In this document: positions 13,059 to 27,535 of the stretch, piece after piece | Layout: each line of letters begins with the position of its first letter | Position numbering within the stretch: position 1 is the first letter of the stretch | Source of the DNA: Octopus sinensis | Lineage: Eukaryota | DNA: 64,000 nucleotides | NCBI RefSeq assembly: GCF_006345805.1 | Contig: NC_043004.1 | Coordinates: forward strand, 15,500,001-15,564,000 | Reading direction: 5' to 3' | The notes under the pieces: generated by a model | What the model saw: the letters and a program-made list of their open reading frames with translations, nothing else | What the model was told of the DNA's origin: nothing | The model's database searches: none | Translations under genes and position numbers: made by a program

Positions 13059-13090
<32 letters not shown>
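10095..13090. repeat. Tandem duplication of a ~1.5-kb unit (~10095-11590 and ~11594-13090) with breakpoints in (TA)n
   Basis: TGACGAACGTCTTTCAGCG occurs at 10101 and 11600, and the downstream sequence is colinear to ~11565/13065 with about a dozen small differences. Each unit begins with a minus-strand CORE-like SINE head fragment. Confidence 0.96.
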
Positions 13091-13126
<36 letters not shown>

Positions 13127-13153
13127 TATATATATACACACACACCACAACAC

Positions 13154-13213
<60 letters not shown>

Positions 13214-13759
13214 CATACACATATATATACGTAGGTACGTACATACTTATATACATACATATATACATACATACGTAGAAATAAAACTGAACGATGACAT
13301 ACACTAGTCCGCAAGAATGCACCAAAGACTGTCGAAACACTGGTACACTCATGAAAATCATTTGCACCAATGATCCGAGTGTGTTACGAACACACTGGCA
13401 TCGTAAATAGGAGAAAAAATTTTTTATGTGATATACATAATAGCGCCTAGCTTATTTGCTCCCGAATTTGCTGGAATATACAAATATTAGTCAAACTCGT
13501 CATTTCTTTTGTTTCAAATTATCCAGTACTTACAAGTATTTGAGCCCCTCCCATTTAGAGATTTCCCCTTCTCATACACGTGATGACCCACTGCATTTGA
13601 AAAAAAGGGATATATATGTCTTGGGGAGCTAGCAAATGTCGTGGATACTATCTCTTCCTGCATATTTAGCGTGAGAAGAAGCAGGCAAATATTTCATTTC
13701 GGTGGAATACTTATTACAATAATATGTTACCTATCTTTATAAATTTCATGGTAATTGGT

Positions 13760-13870
13760 CGATGCAGTGCTGTAGTAGAAGACAATAGCCCAAGTTACTA
13801 CTCATGGAACTGAACCTAAAGCCACGTGGATGTAAAGTAATTTGTTACACTTAATAGCTATGCCCGCGTT
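13760..13870 (-). mobile_element. Old CORE-like SINE head fragment
   Basis: GCTGTAGTAGAAGACAATAGCCCAAG...GGAACTGAACCTAAAGCCACGTGG matches the 19800-19870 head. Confidence 0.5.
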
Positions 13871-13943
13871 TATCAGGGGGAATATAGATACATAAGTGGA
13901 GAAGTGGAGATCAATGGCCAGATATATCAAGGATATATCTAAA

Positions 13944-14337
13944 GGCGGCGAACTGGCAGAAACGTTAGCACACCGGGCGAAATGAGTAGCCGTATTTTGT
14001 CTGCCGTTACGTTCTGAGCTCAATTCCGCCGAGGTCGACTTTGCCTTTCATCCTTTCGGAGTCGATAAATTAATTACCAGTTACGCACTGGGGTCGATAT
14101 AATCGACTTAATCCGTTTGTCTGTCCTTGTTTATCTTCTCTGTGTTTAGCCCCTTGTGGGTAGTAAAGAAATAGGTATTTCGTCTGCCACTTCGTTCTGA
14201 GTTTAACTTTCGCCGAGTCGATAAATTAATTATCAGTTACGCACTGGGGTCGATGTAATCGACTTAATCCGTTTGTCTGCCCTTGTTCGTCCCCTCTGTC
14301 TTAAGCCCCTTGTGGGCAATAAAGAAATAAGAAATAA
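13944..14337 (+). mobile_element. Dimeric Meta-like SINE: full monomer plus 5'-truncated monomer joined at GAAATAG|GTATTTC (14174/14175)
   Basis: Complete head and body, tail GTGGGTAGTAAAGAAATAG, then a second body ending GTGGGCAATAAAGAAATAAGAAATAAG. Flanked by GATATATC(A/T)A(A)G TSD-like repeats. Confidence 0.93.
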
Positions 14338-16225
14338 GATATATCAAGTGTAGCGTATGAGCGGAGAAAAAGCATGAGTTGGAAACATGAAAGTTTTAAG
14401 TGAAAGTTTTAAGCCATTTTTTCCTGCCGGATTGTCGCTGAAACTACATCACGCGGATTGATGCCCAAACTAGATCATTCATATATAGACGGGCCTCTTT
14501 AAAGGTATGGCTATAAATGAAAACAAAAATGAATTTATTACTGATAAAGGAAGGAAAGAATATTCGAAAACGTGTTATTTACCGCGTGTACATCAACATC
14601 TGTAAATAGTATTCGCATATTTATTATTAACACGTCTAGGAAGGTTCAGACACAAAATGTGTTGCTCACTGTTGCGTACATTGTAAGAAAAGACACTGCC
14701 TTTATTTAGGCTCAGAGTTCCGTTTAATAATTTATATATTTATTCTTTTTTTGTAGTTGTCCAGACACAAGTTGAGACACCGGTGTCCCAAAATGCCGTG
14801 CGGCAATGAGCCAAATATTTTGGACATACAGTTGTAAAAGGGAGACGTTATTATAACGACCAACATATTTTGCATCTGTGCCATCCTTAGACAAGTTGAG
14901 AATTGATATGCCATAATCATTTCAGAACTCGCAATATACGGAACAAAGAATGAGTTTTTATCGGTCGATAAATATAAATACCTATCAGTAAAGAATTTGT
15001 TAGCTGATGTTATAAACAAAGCCATTGTCTTTTTAATGGATCCAAGTCACAGCTACTCCTGTCTGATTCACCACAGCATGTCGAAACACCACTATCCCAG
15101 AATGCCGTGCACCAATGAGTCGAGTGTTTTAAACATTTTGTCTTCGTAAAAAGTAGTCATTCACATCCGGCATACAGCAAAGCTTCCAACATATTTTGCG
15201 CCTGAACCTGACTAGTGTTTGGAACAAATATGTAAAGATATATGGCTGTAGTAAATTTATGTACAGTGATGAATCGGGTAAACGTATGAACATGATATAT
15301 GGGCAGTAGCAGTCACAATAAATTCTAAGATATGTGAACAGAAAGTGAAAGAGAAAACCAATGCTTGATACATGATTTGTACCATTTCAGCTGCAAAATA
15401 TTTCAATAGTGCTCCCTTTGGCAGGAGAGTGTAACTATGTCACATATTTAATGCATGAACATCTTTGCAATTGGTTTATATAACAAAATATTACTTTTGT
15501 TGCATTAATTTGACTATTTCTTACTGGTGATAAGCAAAACTTGAGCTGCATTCCGAATCTCAAGAGACGCTAGTGATACATATTTAACAGAAATTTGTAA
15601 TTTTCTTAAATGACAAATTTTTTATACAACGCAGTCAGGACACTGCTGGGTTAAAAGGAGAAATTCAATAGAAATAGCTTGGATATGTGGGTGACTTTTC
15701 TTGAGTGATAGAGTTCGGCGAGGAGGTACGAGTAAGAGTGAATGCTGGTAGTATTAGGAAAAGATATCAGAGGATGGAGTAACATTTGATAGCATCTCGG
15801 TAACTAGAGTGTAGTAGGTGAATATTCGGTGTTTTGCATTGAATAACCAAGCAAGGACAAAAATAAATCTCTACTTCTTTGATGAACTCTAAAACAGTTA
15901 GAAGCAGCGATATCTATTACGCATAAAACTACTTCACACTTAGAACCTAATGAACGCGTTTACATTTATGTGAACAATATTTAAACTTTTTTTTTCAGAT
16001 ATTAATATTCTCCTTCCTAACATCCACGAAACCCTATAAGGAAAGGAGCATATTTTGCTTGATATCTCGTTCTGTCTCTCTATACTTCTACATAAAAACT
16101 ACATATGATAAAATATTTATTTCATTTATATAAAACCATATTTCTATGGTTGCATAGAAAACTGAGAACATACTTATATTCATGATCAAACAAAACTAAA
16201 AACAATATATCTATATGTATGATAT

Positions 16226-16307
<82 letters not shown>

Positions 16308-16322
16308 CTATATTTATATATA

Positions 16323-16361
<39 letters not shown>

Positions 16362-16824
16362 GAGAGAGAGAGAGAGAGATGTATATACAAAGATACATAC
16401 ACCTATGTGAGTCTGCGTGTATGAATTATATATATGTAGTACAGTCATGCAAAGCCGCTAGCTAATAAATTCTCCAAAGTTGCAACCTTCTTTGCATAGC
16501 TCTAAGATAATTCCTGTTGTCTGCACTGGAATCTAAATGGGTTTTGCCGATGTGTCGAAATAGGAGGTGTAGCACACTATTGTTTTACATGAAAAGCGGC
16601 AGCAGATTATAAACCAAAGAATTGTTCAAAGAACAATGCCAATGAAAAATTCCGGTTTCTTAAGCAAGTTTGCGATATCGGCAGATAGAAGGTAGTTTCA
16701 TCGTATACTTCTTGACAAAGGAAATAGGCCAGTAATATTACTAGCATATATAAATCACTACCGCCGCCAACTCCACCACAATCTTTATCAATGCCTCCAT
16801 CGTGTTTATTGCCATTATCAGCAC

Positions 16825-17025
16825 AGCTTCTAAAGCAGCGATCCGAGATGACCCTTAGCACTCCGGACAAAATGCTTAGCGACGTATCACCCGTCTTTAC
16901 GCTCTGATTTAAAATTCTGCCGAGGTTGCCTTTCGTCTTTTCTGGGCATGTAAAATAAATACCAGTCCGTTTTCCCCCCTCTCTTCAAAAACGGCCGGCC
17001 CTGTGGAAAACTCTGAAACCATTAT
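16825..17025 (+). mobile_element. Degenerate Meta-like SINE
   Basis: AAAGCAGCGATCC...CGGACAAAATGCTTAGCG...CCGAGGTTGCCTTTCGTC...AAATACCAGT. Confidence 0.7.
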
Positions 17026-18118
17026 TGTAAATACTACTGCAATGGCTACCATCAGAATATGAAGCTCCGTCACAACTAACTGCAACAATCGGAGCCCAAA
17101 CCCTGTACTACCATGTTATCACCACTAAAATCTACAGCAACATCACTGTAGCTAATACCATCTCACATACAACCCTTTTGCTATCGTTGTGAGCATTTTT
17201 CTAGTGACTAAACCGTGTTACTAACAAGCCTTTGATGTAACTTTGAAAGTCACAGCGTCTATTTTAATGGATTCATTGCTTCCTAAGAAATATATTGATA
17301 CTAACCAAGCATTTTACGTTTTATATTCTGGGTGAGTTCATGCTTCTACGTACAAGTAACACTCGAACGCACGCATATACACACATATATACATCTGCAT
17401 AAAAATATAAACATGATAACTGCTCCATTTTCACAGTTCCCAAGTAATTTCTTGTGCGCTCTCCTTGTCAAATCGCCTTGTTGATTTTCCATCCGAGACC
17501 ACCTAGATGACTTTTTAGTCATGTGGCAGATTTACATTATTTGAAGCAAAGGAAACAGATAAAAGGCTTGTTGGACTGAGCGCTTCCAAGCGGTTAGTTC
17601 TGCACACGTCGCCACTCTTCTATAGCAATAGCATTTTCAGTAGTTGGAATGAGAGATTTGGTCACCATAAAGAGATATCTGTACACCATTCGTTTGGAGT
17701 GATAACTGCTCGTACAGTACGAGTACCGCACTCTAAATCTCCTTTATTCACACCTAGAGACAGACCGATGGGTGAGGAATAATATTCACGTAGAAACAAG
17801 ATTTGCATTCGAATGCTCCACTTCTAAAAGTATTGCTGTGCCAACAGCCACAGGAGTCGTCAATACCAGTGGTTTTACTGAGTGCTCTGACACCAACCAC
17901 GGGTATATATCTACGTTCCCAGATGGACTGTTTCCATGTATAGCTTCACCATTTTGAAAGTGCTATTTTCCGGCCTTGAGTTGACCTGGGAAAGATAGTG
18001 GTTCATAAGTGTTTGCACCCACCTGATGCCACTGGAAATCTCAAAAAAGGGCCCAATTTAGCTAAACAGAAAGCACAAACACATGATTATACACAAAGAC
18101 ACACACACACATGTATAC

Positions 18119-18164
<46 letters not shown>

Positions 18165-18968
18165 GTGCATATATAAATACATACATACTTATAAATTTAT
18201 ATATATATATATATATGTGCGTATAGGTAGGTATATGTGTATATTATAGAATGTGACATCGTTAAGTTTTCTCTTTGTGATTTACATTCATCTCTGCACC
18301 TTACTTAACAATATAGATTGAAATTAAAAGAAAAAAACATCATTACTTTACACCATGAAGATGTTCTTCCTCCCGAAAGAAATTTATTAAGGAAACAATT
18401 TTAATGTTATTTATTTCGTAAAATTACATCGAACGTAACAGAAAGAAATAATAAGCAAAATAACCAATTTTAAAGGGAAAAATAAAATTAAATATTTTAA
18501 TTTCACACGAAATCGTATTATGGCTTGAATGATTTATGCTTAGTAATAAATTTGTAAAACACGAAATATAATATGTCGATAATTAATTCCACCATTAAAA
18601 TATTTATAATGGCATTTGAGGAAAACATTCAGGTGTGTAATACCTTAATTATTTAGCAATATGTTGTTGGCAAAGAATTCCCTTGCTTATTAAAAAACAC
18701 ATGCTGCTAAATGGAATTACTCTTTAAGTATACACATATGCACACATAGAAATATATGTGTGTATGTGTGTGGGGTTGTACATGTGTCTGTGTGTGGGTG
18801 TACGTGTATCTGTGGATGGGTGTACGTGTATCTGTGTGTGTATGTCCTTGCATATGAATACATATATGAATATGCATAAGTATGTATAAATGTGTGTATA
18901 TATGCATTAACATGTGGCTTCAAACACCTGCACATTTGTATGCATATATGTACATTATACATACACTG

Positions 18969-19000
<32 letters not shown>

Positions 19001-19090
19001 GATAGCGAGAGAGATTTATATATATTCACACACACTCACATATACATATGTACATTATGCATGCACTGTATATATATATATATTTTTTTG

Positions 19091-19315
19091 TCTTTACTAC
19101 CCACAAGGGGCTAAACACAGAAGGGACAAACAAGGACAGACAAAGGGATTAAGCCGATTGCATCGACCCCAGTGCGTAACTGGTACTTAATTTATCGACC
19201 CCGAAAGGATGAAAGGCAAAGTCGACCTCGGCGGAATTTGGACTCAGAACGTAACGGCAGACGAAATACATCTTCGCGTTTCGCCCGGCGTGCCAACGCC
19301 TCTGCCAGCTCGCCT
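19091..19315 (-). mobile_element. Young full-length Meta-like SINE embedded in (TA)n
   Basis: Nearly identical to the 7814-8043 and 13944-14174 units, with (TA)n on both sides. Confidence 0.93.
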
Positions 19316-19349
19316 TATATATATATATATATATATATATACTTATTAG

Positions 19350-19900
<551 letters not shown>

Positions 19901-20174
19901 CCTATATATATATATATATATATATATGTACGTATATATATATATATAAATTTTCGTACGTAGTATGTATATAAATATATATATATATATAAACTTTAGA
20001 TGCAGTTATATATACATATATAGTATCCAGCCTGCCAGTCATCTCTACTCTACTGGCATCTTGGTAATGTGCAAATGAAATGATGCGTCATTGCACATAC
20101 TGATGTACAAGTATTTTACTGCCAGTGAATCTGGGTTTGTAGTGCAAGCTCTAGTTCATTCGTGAGTTAATAGT

Positions 20175-21030
20175 GCAGTGCTTGAACTTTTCCAGCATTA
20201 AACTGCATGTTGTTTATTTCGGCCCACTTCTATATCGAAGTCAGAGAAGCTAGCGACGTTATCTTCATTTATTATTGCCAGTGATAAGTTCGTATCAACA
20301 GCATAGTTAGTGACAATGGCTGTCCAAGTGACCGTGTGCATGTCTAAGAGGGCTATTATGAATATTAATGGTCCCAGCACAGTTCCCTGGGGTGTTGCCA
20401 CTTAGAATTTGAGTTTCCGCAGAAAGGGCACCAGTGACTGCAACTACCTGACTTTTGCATTTAAGGAAGTCATGCAGCCACACCCCCAATTTGTCAGCAA
20501 TGCAAAGGTCTCGTAATTTATGACATATGCCGTGACCTACTTTATCAAATGCCTTCGCGAAGTCAAATTATACAACGCTGAGATTTGAATGGTCAAGCAG
20601 CTGTTTCAAAACCCAGTCATTGTGCTGCAGGAGTTGTATGAGGCATCTTCTCCCTGGACGGAAATCATGCTTTGTATTGTTCAATACGTAATTTTCTTCT
20701 CAGAAGATTATCAACTCTGATAATTTGCTCCATGAGATAGCCCTGTAGCTTTTGGCTTTGCTCTGCTTCCATGTTTGTGGATAGGGCATATAATGGCTTT
20801 CAGCTTTTTAGGAAGTTTACCACTTGCAAGGAAACGTTGTAAAAGTATCTGAAGTAGTTTCACTAAAGCCTGCTTGCATAACTTCAGGAGAATAGTTGGG
20901 AATAGTGAGGATCAGTTGCGAAGCACAGGTCTTTTTCATCTATGGCAGCTGTGACATCTGAATATTAATGTAATCGATAGTTGGCACCTGTTTTTTTAGA
21001 GCTGCAATATTAAAGAATTCAGCCTGTTTT
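20175..21030 (-). mobile_element. CR1/L2-clade LINE reverse transcriptase fragment
   Basis: PTILLKLCKQAL...GKLPKKLKAIICPIHKHGSR, FDFAKAFDKVGHG, GVWLHDFL, PQGTVLGPLIF and YAVDT (decayed YADD), with frameshifts. Confidence 0.9.
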
Positions 21031-21152
21031 TGTACATCCATCCATCCATACATACATACATACATACATACATACATACATACATACATACATACATACA
21101 TGCATGCATGCATACATATATACATACATATCAAAATACATACATATATATC

Positions 21153-21246
<94 letters not shown>

Positions 21247-21247
<1 letters not shown>

Positions 21248-21530
21248 CTTTCTTTATTGGCCACACAGGGCTGAACAAAGCGAGGTCAATTACAAATGTA
21301 GAGCTTTTCTTTTCGGAGATGGAAAAGGAAAAAGAAGAAAATAAGGAAACAAATGTAAAATTTCGATCAAAAGGGATCGGAAGAAAAAAAAGCGATCAAA
21401 AGAGATCGTGTATCACAGAAAGAATTTTTTTTCAAAGTAACAAACAAGATTAGGTTCATCCGGGGAAAGAAAAGCCTACAGAAAAGGCCACGGAAACCAC
21501 AGGCAGGGAGGAGATAAACACATGAGAGTA
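21247..21530 (-). mobile_element. 3' UTR and tail of the L1/Tx1-type LINE, abutting (GATA)n
   Basis: The reverse complement matches 41040-41325 (CCGTGG-CTTTTCTGTAGGCTTTTCTTTCC ... GCTCTAC ... CAGCCCTGTGTGGC-AATAAAGAAA). Confidence 0.8.
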
Positions 21531-21615
21531 AAGTGCTCTCTCTCTTACGATTTACAGGATCATGCTCAAAGTGGTTTCGTCACTCGCACGCACTATCTTT
21601 GCTACATATATAAAT

Positions 21616-21717
<102 letters not shown>

Positions 21718-22608
21718 GAAGTGAATATGCATATAAAAGATTTTATTGTATTATGCCAGCTATAACCTAATGATACCAACTGGCGATGCCAAATTTTTAG
21801 GGGTTGAACTGAGCTGTGTGGACATAATGTAAGATAAATATAGTCATAACAATAATAATTATTGCATACGATTTACAAATATTCTAATGCAGCGTTATGT
21901 GTGCGTCGACAAATTATTTCGAATAAGAACCATGATCTTAAGCAACATGTAATCTTTGGAAACGTGCGTAGCGATACATTGAAATATTTATAAATTCCAC
22001 CCAAGGATTATTATTGTTATTACTACACACCCAGACACACACACATACACGTACACACACACACAGATAATGTAATGTTCCTTGACGGTAAGATAAAGGA
22101 AGTACTCCATATGTTGAGAGATATATATTGTTTAATAGACACAATGCAATTTCATATGTTGAGAAATATCCCAAACATGTAATCAGGCACAAATCATTAG
22201 TTTGTTATATGTGTTTTGTACTTGATGATTACGTTTAAGGTATTTCTCAATATATGAAGCTATAACTAACACATAACAACTTGTAGTGTATATTGAATAG
22301 TATAAATATATAAAGCAGCTGATCGTGCATCCCTCACTTTTGAGAGAATCTCGATTTAGTCACGGTGACGTTTGCTTCCCTGTCACCTAATGCAGTACAT
22401 TTGCGTTCTTATAGCAAAATTTACTCCCATTCCTAGCAATGTAGTAACCTTGTCATTTTGGTTTATTGTATAATATTGCGCGCAACGGTTTATATCATAT
22501 ATATATATATGAAATCATTCTATTGTTCATTTAAATGGAGTTGCATGAAACGATTGTACTGCATTAACTCTTATTTGCTTATTCATATATATATATATGT
22601 GTGTGTGG

Positions 22609-22670
<62 letters not shown>

Positions 22671-23334
22671 GCAAAAATGCTAGTTCTAAAATCTCTCTGT
22701 GAGACCAAAGCTGTAGTTATACTAACAAGTAATATTTGTAAGCATTTCAACATGGCAGTCCGTTCTGAACGGATTCTACTGCGATTTGTTTTAGCCCCAA
22801 GAGGACATATCCTCTAGCTGGTTAACGATGTAGAGCCGCATCCAATAAGTTGCGAGAAAGGAGCGAACCCCAACCCGCTTCTTGCGATGAGACCAGCAGA
22901 GCAGTCCTGGTTTCAGGTTATTTCTACCACTTATATATATATATATATATATATAATGTACAGGGTTTCCAGATATTCGGTAGAATGAACAATTTTAACA
23001 TATTGTTTTACATAAAACCGCATCTACAAAATTGCACTATATTATAAAAAGAGAAAATTGGAGCAAACAAAGGCCGTATAAAAGTAATTTCCAAAGCCAA
23101 TTTTTATAACTTTAATATCGTGTTAGAATTTAATGATACAATACGCTTTTTCTTTTGTCTAATTAATTGTAGTTAGATACGTCATTTAATCACATCACGT
23201 GTTAACTATTTTATTCGATCGTATTCAAGTAAACTGAGCCAAATTGAAAAAAACAAAAAACACCACATATTTTTTCTAAAAAGGATGCCTGAGTAGATCT
23301 TTATTCCCATGAAGTATCTCGCACAGACGTTCAG

Positions 23335-23475
23335 GATTGTGTCTTTGTGGTTGGACTCATGATCGCATGATTGTGGTTTCGAGTATTCGAGCGGGCAAAA
23401 CAATTTATTTCACATTGTTTTAGATCTCTCAGCGATGAATAAATCTGTGACGAACCTGCGTCCAATCTAAGGATA
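23335..23475 (+). mobile_element. Deleted V-domain-like SINE fragment
   Basis: TTGGACTCATGATCGCATGATTGTGGTTTCGA...GGGCAAAACAA-TTTATTTCAC matches the 3895 and 34700 copies. Confidence 0.5.
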
Positions 23476-24026
23476 TATATATATATATATATATATACAC
23501 CAGAAAAACCTTCAAGCTTGCCTCATGCACCTTACGGAGTAATGTGGACTAATCATATTTTATACACGCTGTTTGGGAATGCGATTTTGTATTTGTATAC
23601 GTACATGAGATTCTCTGATATGTTCGAAAGCAAGGATATACTCTTCTGTCAATTTATGTAAAACTCACTGACAAAAACTAAACGAATAAAGTCCTACATG
23701 ATTGTATTGAAAAATAATCAAGGACAAAAGTGTGGTTGTATTACAATTTCAGTCGGATTTCACCGAAAATGGATGCATTCAGTATGTCTGAAAATAAAGG
23801 CATACCGAACTTAAAGCAACATGACGTTTAAGTTCAGTTTTAACTTAACGATTGTTTTCAGATATTTTGCAGCCCTTCCCCGAATATAGAAAGTGTAAAG
23901 AAAATTACAAACATGTACGGGTTTATCGTTTAATAATGACTAAGTATGAAGTGGCACGCTATTTTAAATTGTCTTTATAAAAATGACATGAGGATGTGAA
24001 TCAGGGAAAACATTAAAAAGTGTAAC

Positions 24027-24058
<32 letters not shown>

Positions 24059-25044
24059 TATATATATATAATATATATATATATTTCATTGACTGTAGGC
24101 CTCTGGAGAAAGGCTCTATTTACGAAATTGTAAGTACTATACTTTTTCTAGACCCGCTGGCGAATCTTGTTATACTTAAGTATTAGTTTTATTTCTTTAT
24201 CATTTATACACCCTGGTACCCCTAAAAAAGATTAACCCACCAATTATTTGACTAATTTATATGCTAGTTTGCTCATTGCTCATTGACTTCAAGCTTTACA
24301 CTGCAAAATCGTATGATTCTTTACTCATCTCGAGGCCGTCGTCTATCCTCTTCCCACTTTTTTATTCTATGTATTTGTATTGACTCTGATGAAGCTCCGT
24401 GTACTAGATCGGATGTACTATAAAGATAACGAGACAACCGTCTGACATTGGTAAAAGAAACGACTGTAAGCTATGTTAAAGTTTTGCATTAAAAAATAAT
24501 AAACCGATGGTGGCCAATTTGTTTGTTGAACAATAGTTTTCTCCATTTTCTGCTTATTATATATATATATATACATATACATACATATCAGTTTATTCAA
24601 AGATATTCAAATCAATATAATATAGAACTTTTATCCCTAGAGTCATTTTCATAGCTATAATTTGAAGATATAATTTCAGATAAATTATTTGAAACGGAAA
24701 AGGCAACTTTAAGAAACTTAAGATTAATAATATCGTAATATCTAGTTTCCTTTGTAAAATGTTTAGAGTAGGGTTTGTATAAGGCCCCAACCAAAGAATT
24801 GTTAATTTATTTAGTGAATGGAATTACAAACCAAATAATGTCGTTCTTATCAATATGAAATTTTAAATGAATTTAATTTAGTTTAACTTCCCCGAATAAA
24901 TTAATTGGCTATGTAAACGGCTGTAGGGGTAAAGATTTCATATTATATTGATTTGAATACCAATGAACACACTGATGTCTATATGTCAATTTCTCTATTA
25001 TTTTTTCTAATACATAGATACATACAGACACGCACACATATATA

Positions 25045-25158
<114 letters not shown>

Positions 25159-25255
25159 GTATATGTATATATATGTATATGTATATATATATGTATATGT
25201 ATACATATATGTATTTATATATATATATGTATGTATGTATTTATATATATATATG

Positions 25256-25302
<47 letters not shown>

Positions 25303-25652
25303 GGACGAAACCTCACAACGCATAGGTGTGAGTTTCAAAATCTTCAACTCGAGCACAAAAATTCTTTCTTCAGAAGCTTACAGTAATTTATATATATATA
25401 TTATTATATTATTTGTTCGTTCCCGTCTGGATAATGAATGACCTTTGTAGATTTCTGTTGGTCGTAGTTATTCATACCAGTATTCCTGACGAAGAATCTA
25501 ATTTTTATTTCAAGAAGAATTTTTTGTTTTTATCTTTGGAATTAATTTGACTCCGAAACAATTTGTAGAATTTATATTGGTTCTGTGCCAAATTGAATTA
25601 AGAATTAAAGATTGTCTGCAACTACATTTTTTTCCTTTCTTTATACTTCGTA

Positions 25653-25730
<78 letters not shown>

Positions 25731-25761
25731 TATACATACATACGTACACTAATATATCTAT

Positions 25762-26047
25762 TATTTACATTTTTTTACATTAATTACATTCGACGGATAT
25801 TCGTCCTCATTTTGTTTGTTGCTAACACAGCGTTTCGACTGATATACTCTCTTCAGCCTTCTTCAGGTGTCTTTCCTAAGGTATTTTTTTATATTCTTCA
25901 TCTTCTTCTTCTTCTTCTTCTTCTTATTATTATTATTATTATTATTATTATTGTTCAGTTCACTGCTTGCAATCGAACTCGGAATCTTGGGGTTAGTAGC
26001 CTGCGCTCTTAATAACTATGCCATATGCCCGTGGGCATATGGCATAG
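25762..26047 (-). mobile_element. Short element: tRNA-derived head + (AAT)n(AAG)n + hammerhead-bearing tail, with an inverted duplication of its first 15 nt
   Basis: A-box-like TGGCATAGTTA (within 26011-26023), CT-ACT-AA anticodon-like loop, B-box-like GTTCGATTG (25970-25978), microsatellite 25905-25952, hammerhead motif 25824-25871, ATGTA-repeat tail, and palindrome 26016-26047. Confidence 0.75.
25824..25871 (-). ncRNA. Minimal type I hammerhead ribozyme motif, probably inactivated
   Basis: GACAC-CUGAAGA-A-GGCUGA(10 nt)UCAGUC-GAAAC-GCU-GUGUU. Stems I and II pair, but the cleavage triplet reads GCU instead of GUH. Confidence 0.7.
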
Positions 26048-26123
26048 AAGTTAATAATGTAAATAATGTAAGCAACGTACATAATACCTCATCTCTTAAA
26101 TATAGAACTGTACTAATGTATAT

Positions 26124-26214
<91 letters not shown>

Positions 26215-26326
26215 GTGTGTGTGATATATAAAGTCATACATATACGTATGTGCTATTAAAATAAAATAGCAGTATAGATGGTACTATTACGCTTAATATC
26301 CTGATATTTTACTTATTTGTTTTTGT

Positions 26327-26535
26327 GGCGATCTGGTAGATTTCTTACCGTCGGAAAAATGCTTAGCGGCATTTTTTCTCCATTTACACTCCTTGTTGAA
26401 ACTTCACAGGCGTCACCTTTGGATTTCATTCTTTCGAGGTCGAAAAAATGAGTGTGAGTTGAACACTTGGAGGTGATGTAATTCACTGTTTCCCCATCAT
26501 AATTTCAGGCTTTGTACCTATAGCAGAAAGGACTA
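26327..26535 (+). mobile_element. Old Meta-like SINE
   Basis: GGCGATCTGG...AAAATGCTTAGCGGCATTT...TTTCATTCTTTCGAGGTCGAAAAAATGAGT...CAGGCTTTGTACCTAT. Confidence 0.65.
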
Positions 26536-27218
26536 TGTTTAGTACTCGTAATTATCGACTACAGGAAATTAACAGGGAAATAGTGGGCCAGTAATATTTC
26601 AAGTTTTCAGAGGAATGTTTGGAGCTAAGATTCCATTTCTGAACAGTAAGTAAATATAACATGGACGTTTAATCGCAGCATAGATTTCTGATGATAACGT
26701 GCAGTTTAGAATATTTGAGCAATGCAAAATATGACACCAAATATTTATTTGTAATTTGTGAAAATTTGGATCAATACATTTAATATATTGATATATACAC
26801 ATGTACACACTCATACACACATAAACACAGTCACACATATGTATATTTATGTAGGAAACACCATCAATGGAATCGTATAGGCCGTCAAGAGAAAGTACGT
26901 GTACTCTGCAAGTTTAGACTTAAAGGAACCTATCCCTCGCCAGATCTGATCAAAGCCGATTTATTCAAAACAGAAAAGCCGATTTACTCAAGAAAAGAAG
27001 AAAAGGGACACAAGGAAAAGAATGCTCCTTCTTGTGCAGGTCATAAATATTTTTGCTTTATTCCTGAAAGGATGAAAGAGAAATTTGACCTCCGCTGGCT
27101 CCAAACTCAGAGCACAAATGCTATAATGACTACCACAGCACCATAATCTATCCACCACTTGAACAACTACCCCAACTGTCCCATACACAAATACATACAC
27201 ATACCTACAAACATACGC

Positions 27219-27293
<75 letters not shown>

Positions 27294-27535
27294 GCACACA
27301 CGAATATTTATGTATTTATATGTATCTATGTGTGTGTGTGTGTATACAAACATACATGTATTCATACATAGTTAACTCTTCCGTTAACGGAACACCACCA
27401 TAACAATTACGTGCTCTTCAGCGCATAGTGTAGTCAAGTTAGAAATAAGGACGCTGTTACAACAGAAATCACGAGAAAAAAAAAGTAGATGCAAATAAGG
27501 AAAACTGAAAACTGAAAAATAAAGAAAGAAAATTA

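Noticed and set aside
14732-15025. 97-aa non-repetitive minus-strand ORF
   Set aside because: It overlaps a dispersed repeat, the neighbouring paralogous unit has stops in the equivalent frame, and I recognise no domain.
17560-18060. Possible RTE LINE remnant on the minus strand
   Set aside because: Only faint motifs (GAFECK, EEWRRV); too decayed to support a call.
24385-24445. CTGATGAAGCTCC...GAGAC..GTC hammerhead-like string
   Set aside because: GAAA is mutated and stems I and II do not close; at most a relic.
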